From Oscillospiraceae bacterium (lineage in GTDB: Bacteria > Bacillota > Clostridia > Oscillospirales > CAG-272), in the NCBI GenBank assembly GCA_015065135.1, contig SVQY01000007.1:2216-66215 (forward strand): a stretch of DNA of 64,000 nucleotides. Reading direction: 5' to 3'. The notes beneath the pieces are model-generated. The model saw only the letters and a list, made by a program, of their open reading frames with translations, did not search any database and was not told the DNA's origin. The position numbers and the translations under genes were made by a program. Below, piece by piece: positions 56,535 through 64,000 of the stretch. The first letter of the stretch is position 1. The number at the start of each line of letters is the position of its first letter.

Positions 56535-57491
56535 TTATTCTCCGTATGTTCTTCTGATAGCAGCCTCAAAGAAGTCATCTACGTCAAAGCTGGAGCCGTT
56601 GCTCTTCTGGCGGCGGTAATCCGCAATGGCGTTCTGTACCTCCTCTGCCGTGCGGTAGCCGGCAGCATTCCAGCGCTCCAGGATCGAATTGGCATAGGGG
56701 ATCGAGGCCTTGCCAATGGCATCCACGGTGATCTCATAGGCCATCTTCAGAACCTCGTCGTCATACTGCATGCCGCAGACCCAGTTTTCGATATAGCCCT
56801 TCTCCTTGGCGGTCAGCGCACGGGAGGAAAGGCCGAACATCGTGCGGATCTTGCCGGTGGCGGTTGCCATGGTCTCGATGCGGTGCAGCCGCTCCTCCAG
56901 GGATCTGGCATCCAGAATGCCGTCATCGTGCAGCGAGATCGCCGTTTTTTCCAGATAGCGCAGCGACTTCTTTTCCATACGCACGCAATGCGAGAGCAGC
57001 AGCAGGATATACTCGCCGTCAAGACCCAGATAATCCGCGAGCCCCGCGATCACAGAGACCTCACCGGCATTGAAGATCTTGCCAAAGATGCGCTGGCATT
57101 CATCCACCAACGCGGCAAGCTCCGCGCGGCGCTCCAGCACACCTGCCAGCTCCTCGGTGGAGTAGGAGGGCAAGCCCTTATCCGCAATGACCTTGGGAGC
57201 CACGGCGGGTGTGGCAACGGCCTGCACGGCAGGGGGTGCCTCTCCCTCATCGTCGGCCGCCAAAACACCGGTGCCTCTCCAAAAGGAGAGTGATGCCTCG
57301 ACCTCGCGCTCGCCCATCGTCAGCCGCGCACCCACCAGTCGGCAGGCCTCGGCAAGATCGATCCTTGCCATCGGCTCGGCAGCCAGCGCAAACAGCACGC
57401 GCAGATCCTTTTTGGTTGCTTTTTCCAAATGCTCGGCAACGGCGGTGGGCAAAACCACCACGTCATTGCCATAGGTAAACGTCAGCTTCAT
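56535..57491 (-). CDS. DnaD domain replication protein
   Basis: Two DnaD-like modules (K.SLRYLEK; YANSILERW); directly upstream of the DnaC-like ATPase. Confidence 0.8.
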   Translation of the reverse strand: MKLTFTYGNDVVVLPTAVAEHLEKATKKDLRVLFALAAEPMARIDLAEACRLVGARLTMGEREVEASLSFWRGTGVLAADDEGEAPPAVQAVATPAVAPKVIADKGLPSYSTEELAGVLERRAELAALVDECQRIFGKIFNAGEVSVIAGLADYLGLDGEYILLLLSHCVRMEKKSLRYLEKTAISLHDDGILDARSLEERLHRIETMATATGKIRTMFGLSSRALTAKEKGYIENWVCGMQYDDEVLKMAYEITVDAIGKASIPYANSILERWNAAGYRTAEEVQNAIADYRRQKSNGSSFDVDDFFEAAIRRTYGE

Positions 57492-58189
57492 ACGTCCTCA
57501 CTCAAATTCTTTTCTTCCAGTGCGCGCAGCTCGTAGCAAAGCGTCATCAGCGAGTCGCCGATATGCACGTTCTCGATCACCACATTCTCGCCCAGGTGCT
57601 CCAGCTCCTTGCCGGTGAAATTCCAGATACCCTTGATGCCCAGCTTCACTACGCGCTCGGCTGCATCCAGCGCATTCTCCTTGGGGCAGGTCAACACCGC
57701 CATATCCACGCGGCAGGTCTCGCAAAAGCTCTCCAGCTCCTGCATATCGCGCACCTCGATATCTGCCACGCGCTTGCCGATCACCTCGGGGGATACATCA
57801 AACATACCCACAATATCCACGCCGCGCTTTTCAAACATCGGATTGCGCACCAATGCACGACCCAGGTTACCCGAGCCGATCACAATGGCGCTATAGCCCT
57901 CGCCCACGCCCAGGATCTCACAGACCTTGGCGTAAAGATAATGCACATTATAGCCGTAGCCCTGCTGACCAAAGCCGCCAAAGCAATTCAGATCCTGTCT
58001 GATCTGCGAGGCAGTCACATTCATCATAGCGGAAAGCTCTCCGGAGCTGATGCGCAGCTTGCCGTTGCGGATCAACTCGCGCAAATAACGGAAATATCTC
58101 GGCAGGCGCTTGATCACCGCAGGGCTTACATTATTCCCCTTGGCGCGCGCCTCGCGCTCCACTTCAAGATGCAGTTCTTCTTTTTCCAT
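57488..58189 (-). CDS. rex: Redox-sensing transcriptional repressor Rex
   Basis: Start moved to MEKEE; AVIKRLPRY.RYL, ASQIRQDL..FG.FGQQGYGY, GSGNLG, GIWNF. Confidence 0.93.
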   Translation of the reverse strand: MEKEELHLEVEREARAKGNNVSPAVIKRLPRYFRYLRELIRNGKLRISSGELSAMMNVTASQIRQDLNCFGGFGQQGYGYNVHYLYAKVCEILGVGEGYSAIVIGSGNLGRALVRNPMFEKRGVDIVGMFDVSPEVIGKRVADIEVRDMQELESFCETCRVDMAVLTCPKENALDAAERVVKLGIKGIWNFTGKELEHLGENVVIENVHIGDSLMTLCYELRALEEKNLSEDV

Positions 58190-58239
58190 TTGGTACTCCT
58201 TCTTCCCTCCAAAGTTTATCCCAAAAAGCATTTTTGTGA

Positions 58240-58503
58240 CTTTGCACAATCCTTTTCGGATCCGTGAGGGGGATGATTTTCAAGGTTTTTGGGTTTTTCC
58301 ACACCCCGTCATGCATAAAGTTATCAACAATTTCAATAGGTTTTTCCACAAGCAAAATGCGAAAACCCCTATTTTCAAGAGCTTTTTTCGGATGATTTGG
58401 AAAAAATCCGATTTTTTCTATGCATAAAATCACGCATACGGTGAGTTTTCCACAGCTTTATGGAAAACTCCTATGGAAAACTTTTTTCGACGGCTTCTGC
58501 ACA
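58240..58503. promoter_or_regulatory. DnaA-box cluster
   Basis: TTTTCCACA at 58295, 58342 and 58446; one-mismatch boxes at 58240, 58321, 58396(-), 58419(-), 58459(-), 58472(-) and 58495. Confidence 0.75.
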
Positions 58504-58556
58504 AAATTGGCCAAACTGCCGAATTTGATCTTTTTGTCCAAAAGGACTTGACAAGC

Positions 58557-59579
58557 TTATTGCTCCCAGACAGGATGATCCTCTGCCGAGGCATTGAGAT
58601 CCGTGCCCGCTCTCTGCCCTGCGCAATAGGCGAAATAGCCGGCTGCCGCGACCATAGCTCCATTGTCACCGCAAAGCGCAATGGGAGGCACCGAAAGGCG
58701 CGCGCCCCCGGCGATAGCGATCTCCTCCAGCCTGCGGCGCAGATGCGAATTGGCGGCAACGCCGCCGGCCAACACCACGGTCTTGTACCTGCGCTCGGAC
58801 AGCGCCTGGGCAGTCTTGGCCGCAACGCCCTCCACAATAGCGTGCGTGTAGGAGGCAGCAAGATCCGCACGCGGCACCTCTGTGCCGCTCTGGCGGCAGG
58901 TGTTGATGTAGTTGAGCGCCGCAGTCTTCAGGCCGCTGAAGGAAAAATCCAATGTCTCCTTGCCCAGCGCCGGAGACGGCAGCTTGATGGCGTGAGGATC
59001 ACCCTCGTACGCCAGCTTGTCCAATGCCGCACCGCCGGGATACGGCAGGCCGATCACGCGACCGATCTTATCAAAGGCTTCGCCTGCAGCATCGTCACGG
59101 GTGGCGCCGATCTCCTTGAACTCGGTATAGCTGCACACCTCGAAAAGCGATGTGTGGCCGCCCGACACCACCACGGCGAGAAAGGGCGGCTTCAGCTGCG
59201 GATCGGACAGATACGCCGCCGCCACATGCGCCTTGATGTGATTGACCGGCACCAACGGAATGCCATTGGCATAGGCCAGCGATTTGGCAAAATTCACACC
59301 TACCAGCAGCGCACCGATCAGACCCGGAGCGGCGGTCACCGCCACCGCGCCGATGTCGGAAAGCGTAACGCCGGCAGTCTTCAGCGCCTCGCTCGTAATA
59401 CCGGTAATGGCCTCGATATGGGCACGGCTGGCGATTTCGGGGACCACGCCACCGTACAGGCGATGGGTCTCGATCTGCGAGGCTACCATATTAGAAAGGA
59501 TCTTGCGCCTGTCCTCTTCCATACAAAGAACCGCGGCAGAGGTCTCGTCACAAGAGCTTTCGATTCCCAGAATATACAT
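58557..59579 (-). CDS. tsaD: tRNA N6-threonylcarbamoyltransferase
   Basis: LGIESSCDET, GGVVPEIASRAH, H..AH, VSGGHT, DDAAGEAFDK, FSFSGLKT, DNGAM. Confidence 0.96.
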   Translation of the reverse strand: MYILGIESSCDETSAAVLCMEEDRRKILSNMVASQIETHRLYGGVVPEIASRAHIEAITGITSEALKTAGVTLSDIGAVAVTAAPGLIGALLVGVNFAKSLAYANGIPLVPVNHIKAHVAAAYLSDPQLKPPFLAVVVSGGHTSLFEVCSYTEFKEIGATRDDAAGEAFDKIGRVIGLPYPGGAALDKLAYEGDPHAIKLPSPALGKETLDFSFSGLKTAALNYINTCRQSGTEVPRADLAASYTHAIVEGVAAKTAQALSERRYKTVVLAGGVAANSHLRRRLEEIAIAGGARLSVPPIALCGDNGAMVAAAGYFAYCAGQRAGTDLNASAEDHPVWEQ

Positions 59580-59596
59580 AAAAATCTCCGTTTTTC

Positions 59597-60028
59597 TTAT
59601 AGGTCACATTGCATCACCAGCGCGGCCTCTGCCGGCTCGGTGTAAAAATGCGGACGTCTGCCCACCACAGCAAAGCCAAATTTCTCATACAGCGCAATGG
59701 CGGCTGCGTTGCTCTCACGCACCTCCAACGTTACAAAGGCAAGTTTTCGCTCTCGCGCCTCCTGCAGCAGGGCTTCCAGCACCAGCGAGGCAAGCCCCTG
59801 CCGACGGTGCTCGGGGTGTGTGGCGACATTGGTGATCTGTCCCTCGTCAAGCACGGTCAGCATACCGCCATAAGCCGTTACGGTGTCCCCTGCTTGCGTA
59901 GCAAAGCCGAAGGCGGTATCGCCGCAAAGCAGCTCCAGCGATCGCACGCTCCAAGGGTGTGCGAACACCGCGCGCTCCAGCGCCTCCACCGAGGGCAGCA
60001 TTGCGCGCGTCAGGGGTACGGCCTTCAT
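59597..60028 (-). CDS. rimI: Ribosomal protein S18-alanine N-acetyltransferase
   Basis: Start moved to MKAVP; ITNVA, RRQGLA, LEVRESN..AI.LY.K.GF, R..FY..P.E.A. Confidence 0.88.
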   Translation of the reverse strand: MKAVPLTRAMLPSVEALERAVFAHPWSVRSLELLCGDTAFGFATQAGDTVTAYGGMLTVLDEGQITNVATHPEHRRQGLASLVLEALLQEARERKLAFVTLEVRESNAAAIALYEKFGFAVVGRRPHFYTEPAEAALVMQCDL

Positions 60029-60558
60029 TCCCGTTCCTCCGCGCAATAGATCTGCAGGCAGTAGCGCAGCTGCATCAGACATTGGCGGTAGACCGCAAGA
60101 TCGCCGCCGTAAGGGTCGGCGATGTCCATAGGCAGCGTGCGGATCTTGCTCGCATAGGCAGGAAAGCGCAGGATCAGCTCCATCGCGTGCGCACTACTGA
60201 TGCCCACCACCTCGTCCGCCTCGGCTATCATCTCCTCGGTGACGGTACGGGCCCGATGCTCGTTATAATCATTTTGCGGATGGGGGGGAATATCCGCCCC
60301 CTGCAGCGCTGCTCTGGCCCCCTCCGAGATCGGGGCGCCGTCTGCCGCGCAAAGCCCCGCAGAGGTCGCCAAGGCTACTGTGCGGCCAAACACACCGTTC
60401 GGGCACGCGGAGCAAACCTCGCGCGGGTTCATCATATCGTTATACAACGCCGCGGCCATCGGGGAGCGACAGGTATTGCCGGTACAAACAAAGAGCACAC
60501 GGCGCACCTCGTCCTCGCCCTCCTTTACGGGCGATGTTTTATATGCGGTCTCGTTCAT
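60025..60558 (-). CDS. Low molecular weight protein arginine/tyrosine phosphatase (YwlE-like)
   Basis: FVCTGNTCRSPMA, SAG, DI.DPYGG. Confidence 0.88.
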   Translation of the reverse strand: MNETAYKTSPVKEGEDEVRRVLFVCTGNTCRSPMAAALYNDMMNPREVCSACPNGVFGRTVALATSAGLCAADGAPISEGARAALQGADIPPHPQNDYNEHRARTVTEEMIAEADEVVGISSAHAMELILRFPAYASKIRTLPMDIADPYGGDLAVYRQCLMQLRYCLQIYCAEERE

Positions 60559-60559
60559 A

Positions 60560-61204
60560 TCATCCGTTCTCCTCGGGCAGGGTGTCTGCCGGGCAAAGGG
60601 CTACCGCCAGCTGCTCGGGCAGCAGTACGGTGCGGCGGCTGAAGGCATCGTAAAAATACACTTCGCCGTTTTCATAGATCTGCATACTGAAATTGTAATA
60701 AAGGGTGGGGTATTCCTCACCGGACAGCTTGATCTGGAAGGTGTAGGCAGGGGCGGTGATGGGCAGCAATACGTTCTCGGTATCGCCAAACCACAGCATC
60801 CTGACCAACGCGATCTCAGCATCGTCAGCGCCCGCTGACAGACGGGAGCGCTCCACGCTGATGCCGTCCTCCTCGCAAACAAGGATCGTTTTCAGCTGCC
60901 AGAGCGAGGCATCGGGCGCGGTCTCGCCTGCATAGTAAACATTCCAATACTCATCGCACAAAAACAGATCGGTGCCAAGCTGCGGGATCTCATAAAAGGC
61001 ACGCACGATATCGCGATCCTTGTTTTTGTACTCCGCAAATACCTCCCCGCGCGCGGCAGGCTGATAGGAGGGGTCCAACGCCACATAGTGAATGCCGCTT
61101 TTTTCGTCGGTATAACCGTCATCGGTCTTTTCCAGACCGTGGGGCTTGCTGCAGCCGCAAAGCAAAAGCAGCAAGGAAAGACTCAGGATCAGAACTCGCT
61201 TCAT
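60560..61204 (-). CDS. Hypothetical lipoprotein
   Basis: Start moved to MKRVLIL; lipobox LCGC. Confidence 0.7.
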   Translation of the reverse strand: MKRVLILSLSLLLLLCGCSKPHGLEKTDDGYTDEKSGIHYVALDPSYQPAARGEVFAEYKNKDRDIVRAFYEIPQLGTDLFLCDEYWNVYYAGETAPDASLWQLKTILVCEEDGISVERSRLSAGADDAEIALVRMLWFGDTENVLLPITAPAYTFQIKLSGEEYPTLYYNFSMQIYENGEVYFYDAFSRRTVLLPEQLAVALCPADTLPEENG

Positions 61205-61205
61205 A

Positions 61206-61700
61206 TCAGTACCCGAACTGGCCGGAAAGCGAATCGTCATCCTCGATCCAATCCTGCACGTCGATCACACGGTACTCGGTGGGAGTATCACGTACCACAA
61301 CGCGTGCAATGCCGGCATTCAGGATCACGCGCTTGCACATCATACAGGAATTCATACCGCCGATGACCTCTCCGTTTTCAGGGGAGACGCAGGCCATATA
61401 TAGCGTAGCACCCAGCATCTGCTCGCGAGAGGCGGCAATGATGGCATTCTGCTCTGCGTGTACCGAGCGACAGAGCTCGTAGCGCTCGCCGCGCGGAATA
61501 TTCAACTTGTCACGGAAGCAGAACTGCAGATCGCTGCAATTCTTTCTGCCGCGAGGGGCTCCGTTATAACCGGTCGAAACGATGACGTCGTTTTTTACAA
61601 TAATAGCACCGAACTTGCGGCGCAGACAGGTGCAGCGCTCGGCAACCGTCTGGGCGATGTCCAGATAGTAATTCTCCTTGGAAATGCGCTCCATTTTCAT
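61206..61700 (-). CDS. dCMP deaminase family protein
   Basis: TCLRR..GA, TGYNG.P, HAEQNAII, CMMC. Confidence 0.9.
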   Translation of the reverse strand: MKMERISKENYYLDIAQTVAERCTCLRRKFGAIIVKNDVIVSTGYNGAPRGRKNCSDLQFCFRDKLNIPRGERYELCRSVHAEQNAIIAASREQMLGATLYMACVSPENGEVIGGMNSCMMCKRVILNAGIARVVVRDTPTEYRVIDVQDWIEDDDSLSGQFGY

Positions 61701-61820
61701 CCTCCTTGCTCTCGCGCAACGCGCGGGATATAAATATACAGATTAATTATATCACATAATACGCACAAAATCAAGAAGCTTTTTTTGAGAGACCGCCGCA
61801 GCCTCCTTTTGCACGCAAAA

Positions 61821-61865
61821 AGATCGCACCGTGTTGCCAAAAAAGCAACACGGTGCGTTTTTTTC
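61821..61865 (-). terminator. Terminator after the HD protein gene
   Basis: CGCACCGTGTTGC-caaaaaa-GCAACACGGTGCG with flanking A/T tracts. Confidence 0.6.
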
Positions 61866-61866
61866 G

Positions 61867-62328
61867 TTATTTCTGATACTTTCGCATCGTCTCCTTGGTG
61901 GCCACGATCTTGTCGGCAAGAGTAACCAACCAGGCTTCCCTGTTCTTCGGCACACACCAGAAGGTCAGCGGAAACATATGGGAGTAGATGATGTTTTTTT
62001 CCTTTTCGGAAAGCTCAAAATCCTGCTCGGCATTCTGTAAAGCGAACTTGTGATGCTTGAAGCCATGCCAGCGGAAGCCCTTATTGGGGTCGTGCCAATC
62101 GTAAAGATAATAGTCGTGCAGCAGCGCACCGCGGATCAGTGCGCGTGTGTCGCACCTGATACCATATTTTGCAGCGATGCGGTAGGCGGTATAGGCCACC
62201 TGAATGCAATGGCTGTATACGGTAATATCCGAATGCGAGATGTATTGCTTCATTTCATCGTAGCGCGCCTTGCCGATCACCTCCTTGGCAATGGCAAGAA
62301 ACGCTTTTTTATCCACTTCAGTCCTCAT
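61867..62328 (-). CDS. HD domain phosphohydrolase
   Basis: Start moved to MRTEV; H...VA, GALLHDY.LYDWH, HGF.H, HMFP, ADK. Confidence 0.88.
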   Translation of the reverse strand: MRTEVDKKAFLAIAKEVIGKARYDEMKQYISHSDITVYSHCIQVAYTAYRIAAKYGIRCDTRALIRGALLHDYYLYDWHDPNKGFRWHGFKHHKFALQNAEQDFELSEKEKNIIYSHMFPLTFWCVPKNREAWLVTLADKIVATKETMRKYQK

Positions 62329-63043
62329 CCTTATTTCCCCACTTTCGATGGATCTGATCCCGATATCCGTGAACATCGGTCATATAATTGCTGACCATAC
62401 GGTAAAAATTGAAGGGGCGGCGACGTCCGGTCTCGGCACGGAAATGCTCCTTTGCGCTATGCTTGAGCTGGTCGATATTGACCAATGTACGCATATGCTT
62501 GGCGTAAGCCTTGATGCGCTGCATCAACCGCAGCGAATGCACCAGATCCACCAAAAACACGCCAACGTATATGCCGATCAGCAGCACCAGCCACGGCAGG
62601 TCGATGACCTGCTCCACATAAGCGTGCAGCGGCAGGTAAAGGCCAAAATAATAGCCTGCGGAAATGAGCGTCCAGAACAGCGAAAACTTGGGACAGATGA
62701 GGCCCTTGAAGTTCATCCATTCCTTGGAATAATCCCAAAGGCGCACGTGGAAGAACTGCACGGCGATCCAGCCGCCGATCAGCTCGATCAGCGTCATCAC
62801 GATGCAGGCAAGCAGCAGGATCATTGCCACACGCAGCACCTCATTTGGCATAAAGCGCAGCTTCAGGCCGGAAAGAAAATACAGAATGCATCCGCCCACA
62901 CCGTACAGCGGCAGGCAGCAGCCGGTCAGAAAGCCCGGATTGACCACCTTGCGGTGCCGGATGCCGCGGTAGACCACCTCTATGCACCAACCGCCGGTGG
63001 CGCAGACACAATAGAGAAACAGGTATTCGAGTAAAATATCCAT
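62318..63043 (-). CDS. Putative ABC transporter permease (CmpB/TMEM229-like)
   Basis: GW.IEV, NPGFL.G..LPLYG.G, LWDYS....NFKG.IC..FS..W. Confidence 0.8.
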   Translation of the reverse strand: MDILLEYLFLYCVCATGGWCIEVVYRGIRHRKVVNPGFLTGCCLPLYGVGGCILYFLSGLKLRFMPNEVLRVAMILLLACIVMTLIELIGGWIAVQFFHVRLWDYSKEWMNFKGLICPKFSLFWTLISAGYYFGLYLPLHAYVEQVIDLPWLVLLIGIYVGVFLVDLVHSLRLMQRIKAYAKHMRTLVNIDQLKHSAKEHFRAETGRRRPFNFYRMVSNYMTDVHGYRDQIHRKWGNKDED

Positions 63044-63060
63044 GAAAAGTCCCTTTCGAC

Positions 63061-63999
63061 TTACTTCTTTGCTTTGCGGGAAAGCAAGCGAACATTGCCC
63101 TTTTTCGAACCCGTTCCGCGCCTTTTTACAATAAAGGTACAGGTAAAGGCAATGATGGCAATGCTGGCGACCACACTGACAGTGATCAGGATCACAAAGC
63201 CCGCCTCGCCGCCGTCGGCATCAATAGGGGGCAGATCCATCAGATCCAGCGAGTTCCCGTATCGGGTCATTTCCAGTGTCAGCGTGGCATACCGCTCCTC
63301 TACCATACGGTTAAGGGCAAGATAGTAGGATTTCTCCTTCAGATACTGGAAATTTTCTTCAATGTAATCAGCGCTCTTGGGCATCCGCATAATGATATAA
63401 AAGCCATCGGCCGTTTCTACCACAGGGCTCACACCGTATTCGGGGAGCGCAAAGGCGGCCTGCTCATAGGCCTCTTCCATCTCTCCCTTGGCAAAATAAT
63501 AGCCGTTGCCCAATGTATCGCCCATATCGTTATTGTACTTGCCGCCGATCTGGTCGTGCATCTCGTCATAGCGCTCGCCGTCGGTCAGCTTTGCTGCCAC
63601 GGCACTCTGCACCGCTGCAGCGTGAGCACGGTTTTCCGCATCGGTATAAGCATTGGTCTTACTGATAAATACGTGAATGGTACGGATAAAATCGTTACCG
63701 TTGATCAGCGCCTCGGCTGTTTCGTTACTGTCGTCAATCTGACCGTCCTTCAGCATTTTCTCGATCAGTGCAGCAGGCAGATGCTCCTCCACCGCCAGAT
63801 AACTGCGCACGTAGCGGTCGGTAAGATATTCTGCATTCAGGCTCTCAATATATTTTTTGCGGTCACCCGCGAAGGTATTGTTGAGAATATTATCCATATC
63901 CTCCTGCACCGCTGCGGCGATCACCCCTTTGTCGATCTCAAGGCCATTCTCCTTGCCGATCAGGATAAGCGCCTCGGAGCGGGTCAGCAGATGCTCCTT
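63061..63999 (-). CDS. Parvulin-type peptidylprolyl isomerase (PrsA-like), 5' part outside window, C-terminal TM anchor
   Basis: Frame open to the window edge; HVFI, GYYF.KGEM...YE.AAFAL, S.VVET.DG.YII. Confidence 0.8.
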   Translation of the reverse strand, partial: KEHLLTRSEALILIGKENGLEIDKGVIAAAVQEDMDNILNNTFAGDRKKYIESLNAEYLTDRYVRSYLAVEEHLPAALIEKMLKDGQIDDSNETAEALINGNDFIRTIHVFISKTNAYTDAENRAHAAAVQSAVAAKLTDGERYDEMHDQIGGKYNNDMGDTLGNGYYFAKGEMEEAYEQAAFALPEYGVSPVVETADGFYIIMRMPKSADYIEENFQYLKEKSYYLALNRMVEERYATLTLEMTRYGNSLDLMDLPPIDADGGEAGFVILITVSVVASIAIIAFTCTFIVKRRGTGSKKGNVRLLSRKAKK

Positions 64000-64000
64000 G

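Noticed and set aside
55552-57491. Prophage replication module or IS21 IstB
   Set aside because: No phage or transposase genes adjacent, host-like composition, and coupling to rex; this is the usual clostridial chromosomal dnaD-dnaC pair.
58234-58249. Rex operator upstream of rex (TTGTG-actttg-CACAA)
   Set aside because: The spacer is 6 nt rather than the 8 nt of the canonical TTGTG-N8-CACAA site.
58190-58556. Chromosomal origin (oriC)
   Set aside because: No dnaA/dnaN nearby and no switch in gene orientation across the site; kept as a DnaA-box cluster only.

Overview
Chromosomal segment of a Clostridia-like (Bacillota) anaerobe, about 55% GC by eye, with most genes on the minus strand. In order: a partial serine hydrolase and exoA; a 10-gene ABC-transporter-dependent surface-glycan operon (wzm, wzt, methyltransferase/coiled-coil/GT2/GT4, hddA, hddC-gmhB, acyltransferase, GT-C, rffA, GNAT, GtrB-like); rubredoxin-fprA; an M3 peptidase and AraC divergent from fucI; a degenerate type III pantothenate kinase, a pan-like RNA and an ECF S component; and a run of unusual hydrolases (two odd fusions, an APH(3')-like kinase, an orphan Mtd/DGR-target-like CLec protein). 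Next is a low-GC islet at the 3' end of rlmD, punctuated by extra copies of the rlmD terminus and carrying a four-helix-bundle gene behind a regular hairpin+ATTCA/TGAAT array. The rest holds redox genes (DUF1858, Trx, FTR), housekeeping genes (gap, pgm, proS, dnaC/dnaD, rex, tsaD, rimI, dCMP deaminase) and a DnaA-box cluster upstream of rex-dnaD-dnaC. No rRNA, tRNA, CRISPR array, integrase, transposase or reverse transcriptase was seen. All calls come from motif recognition by eye; no database searches were run.
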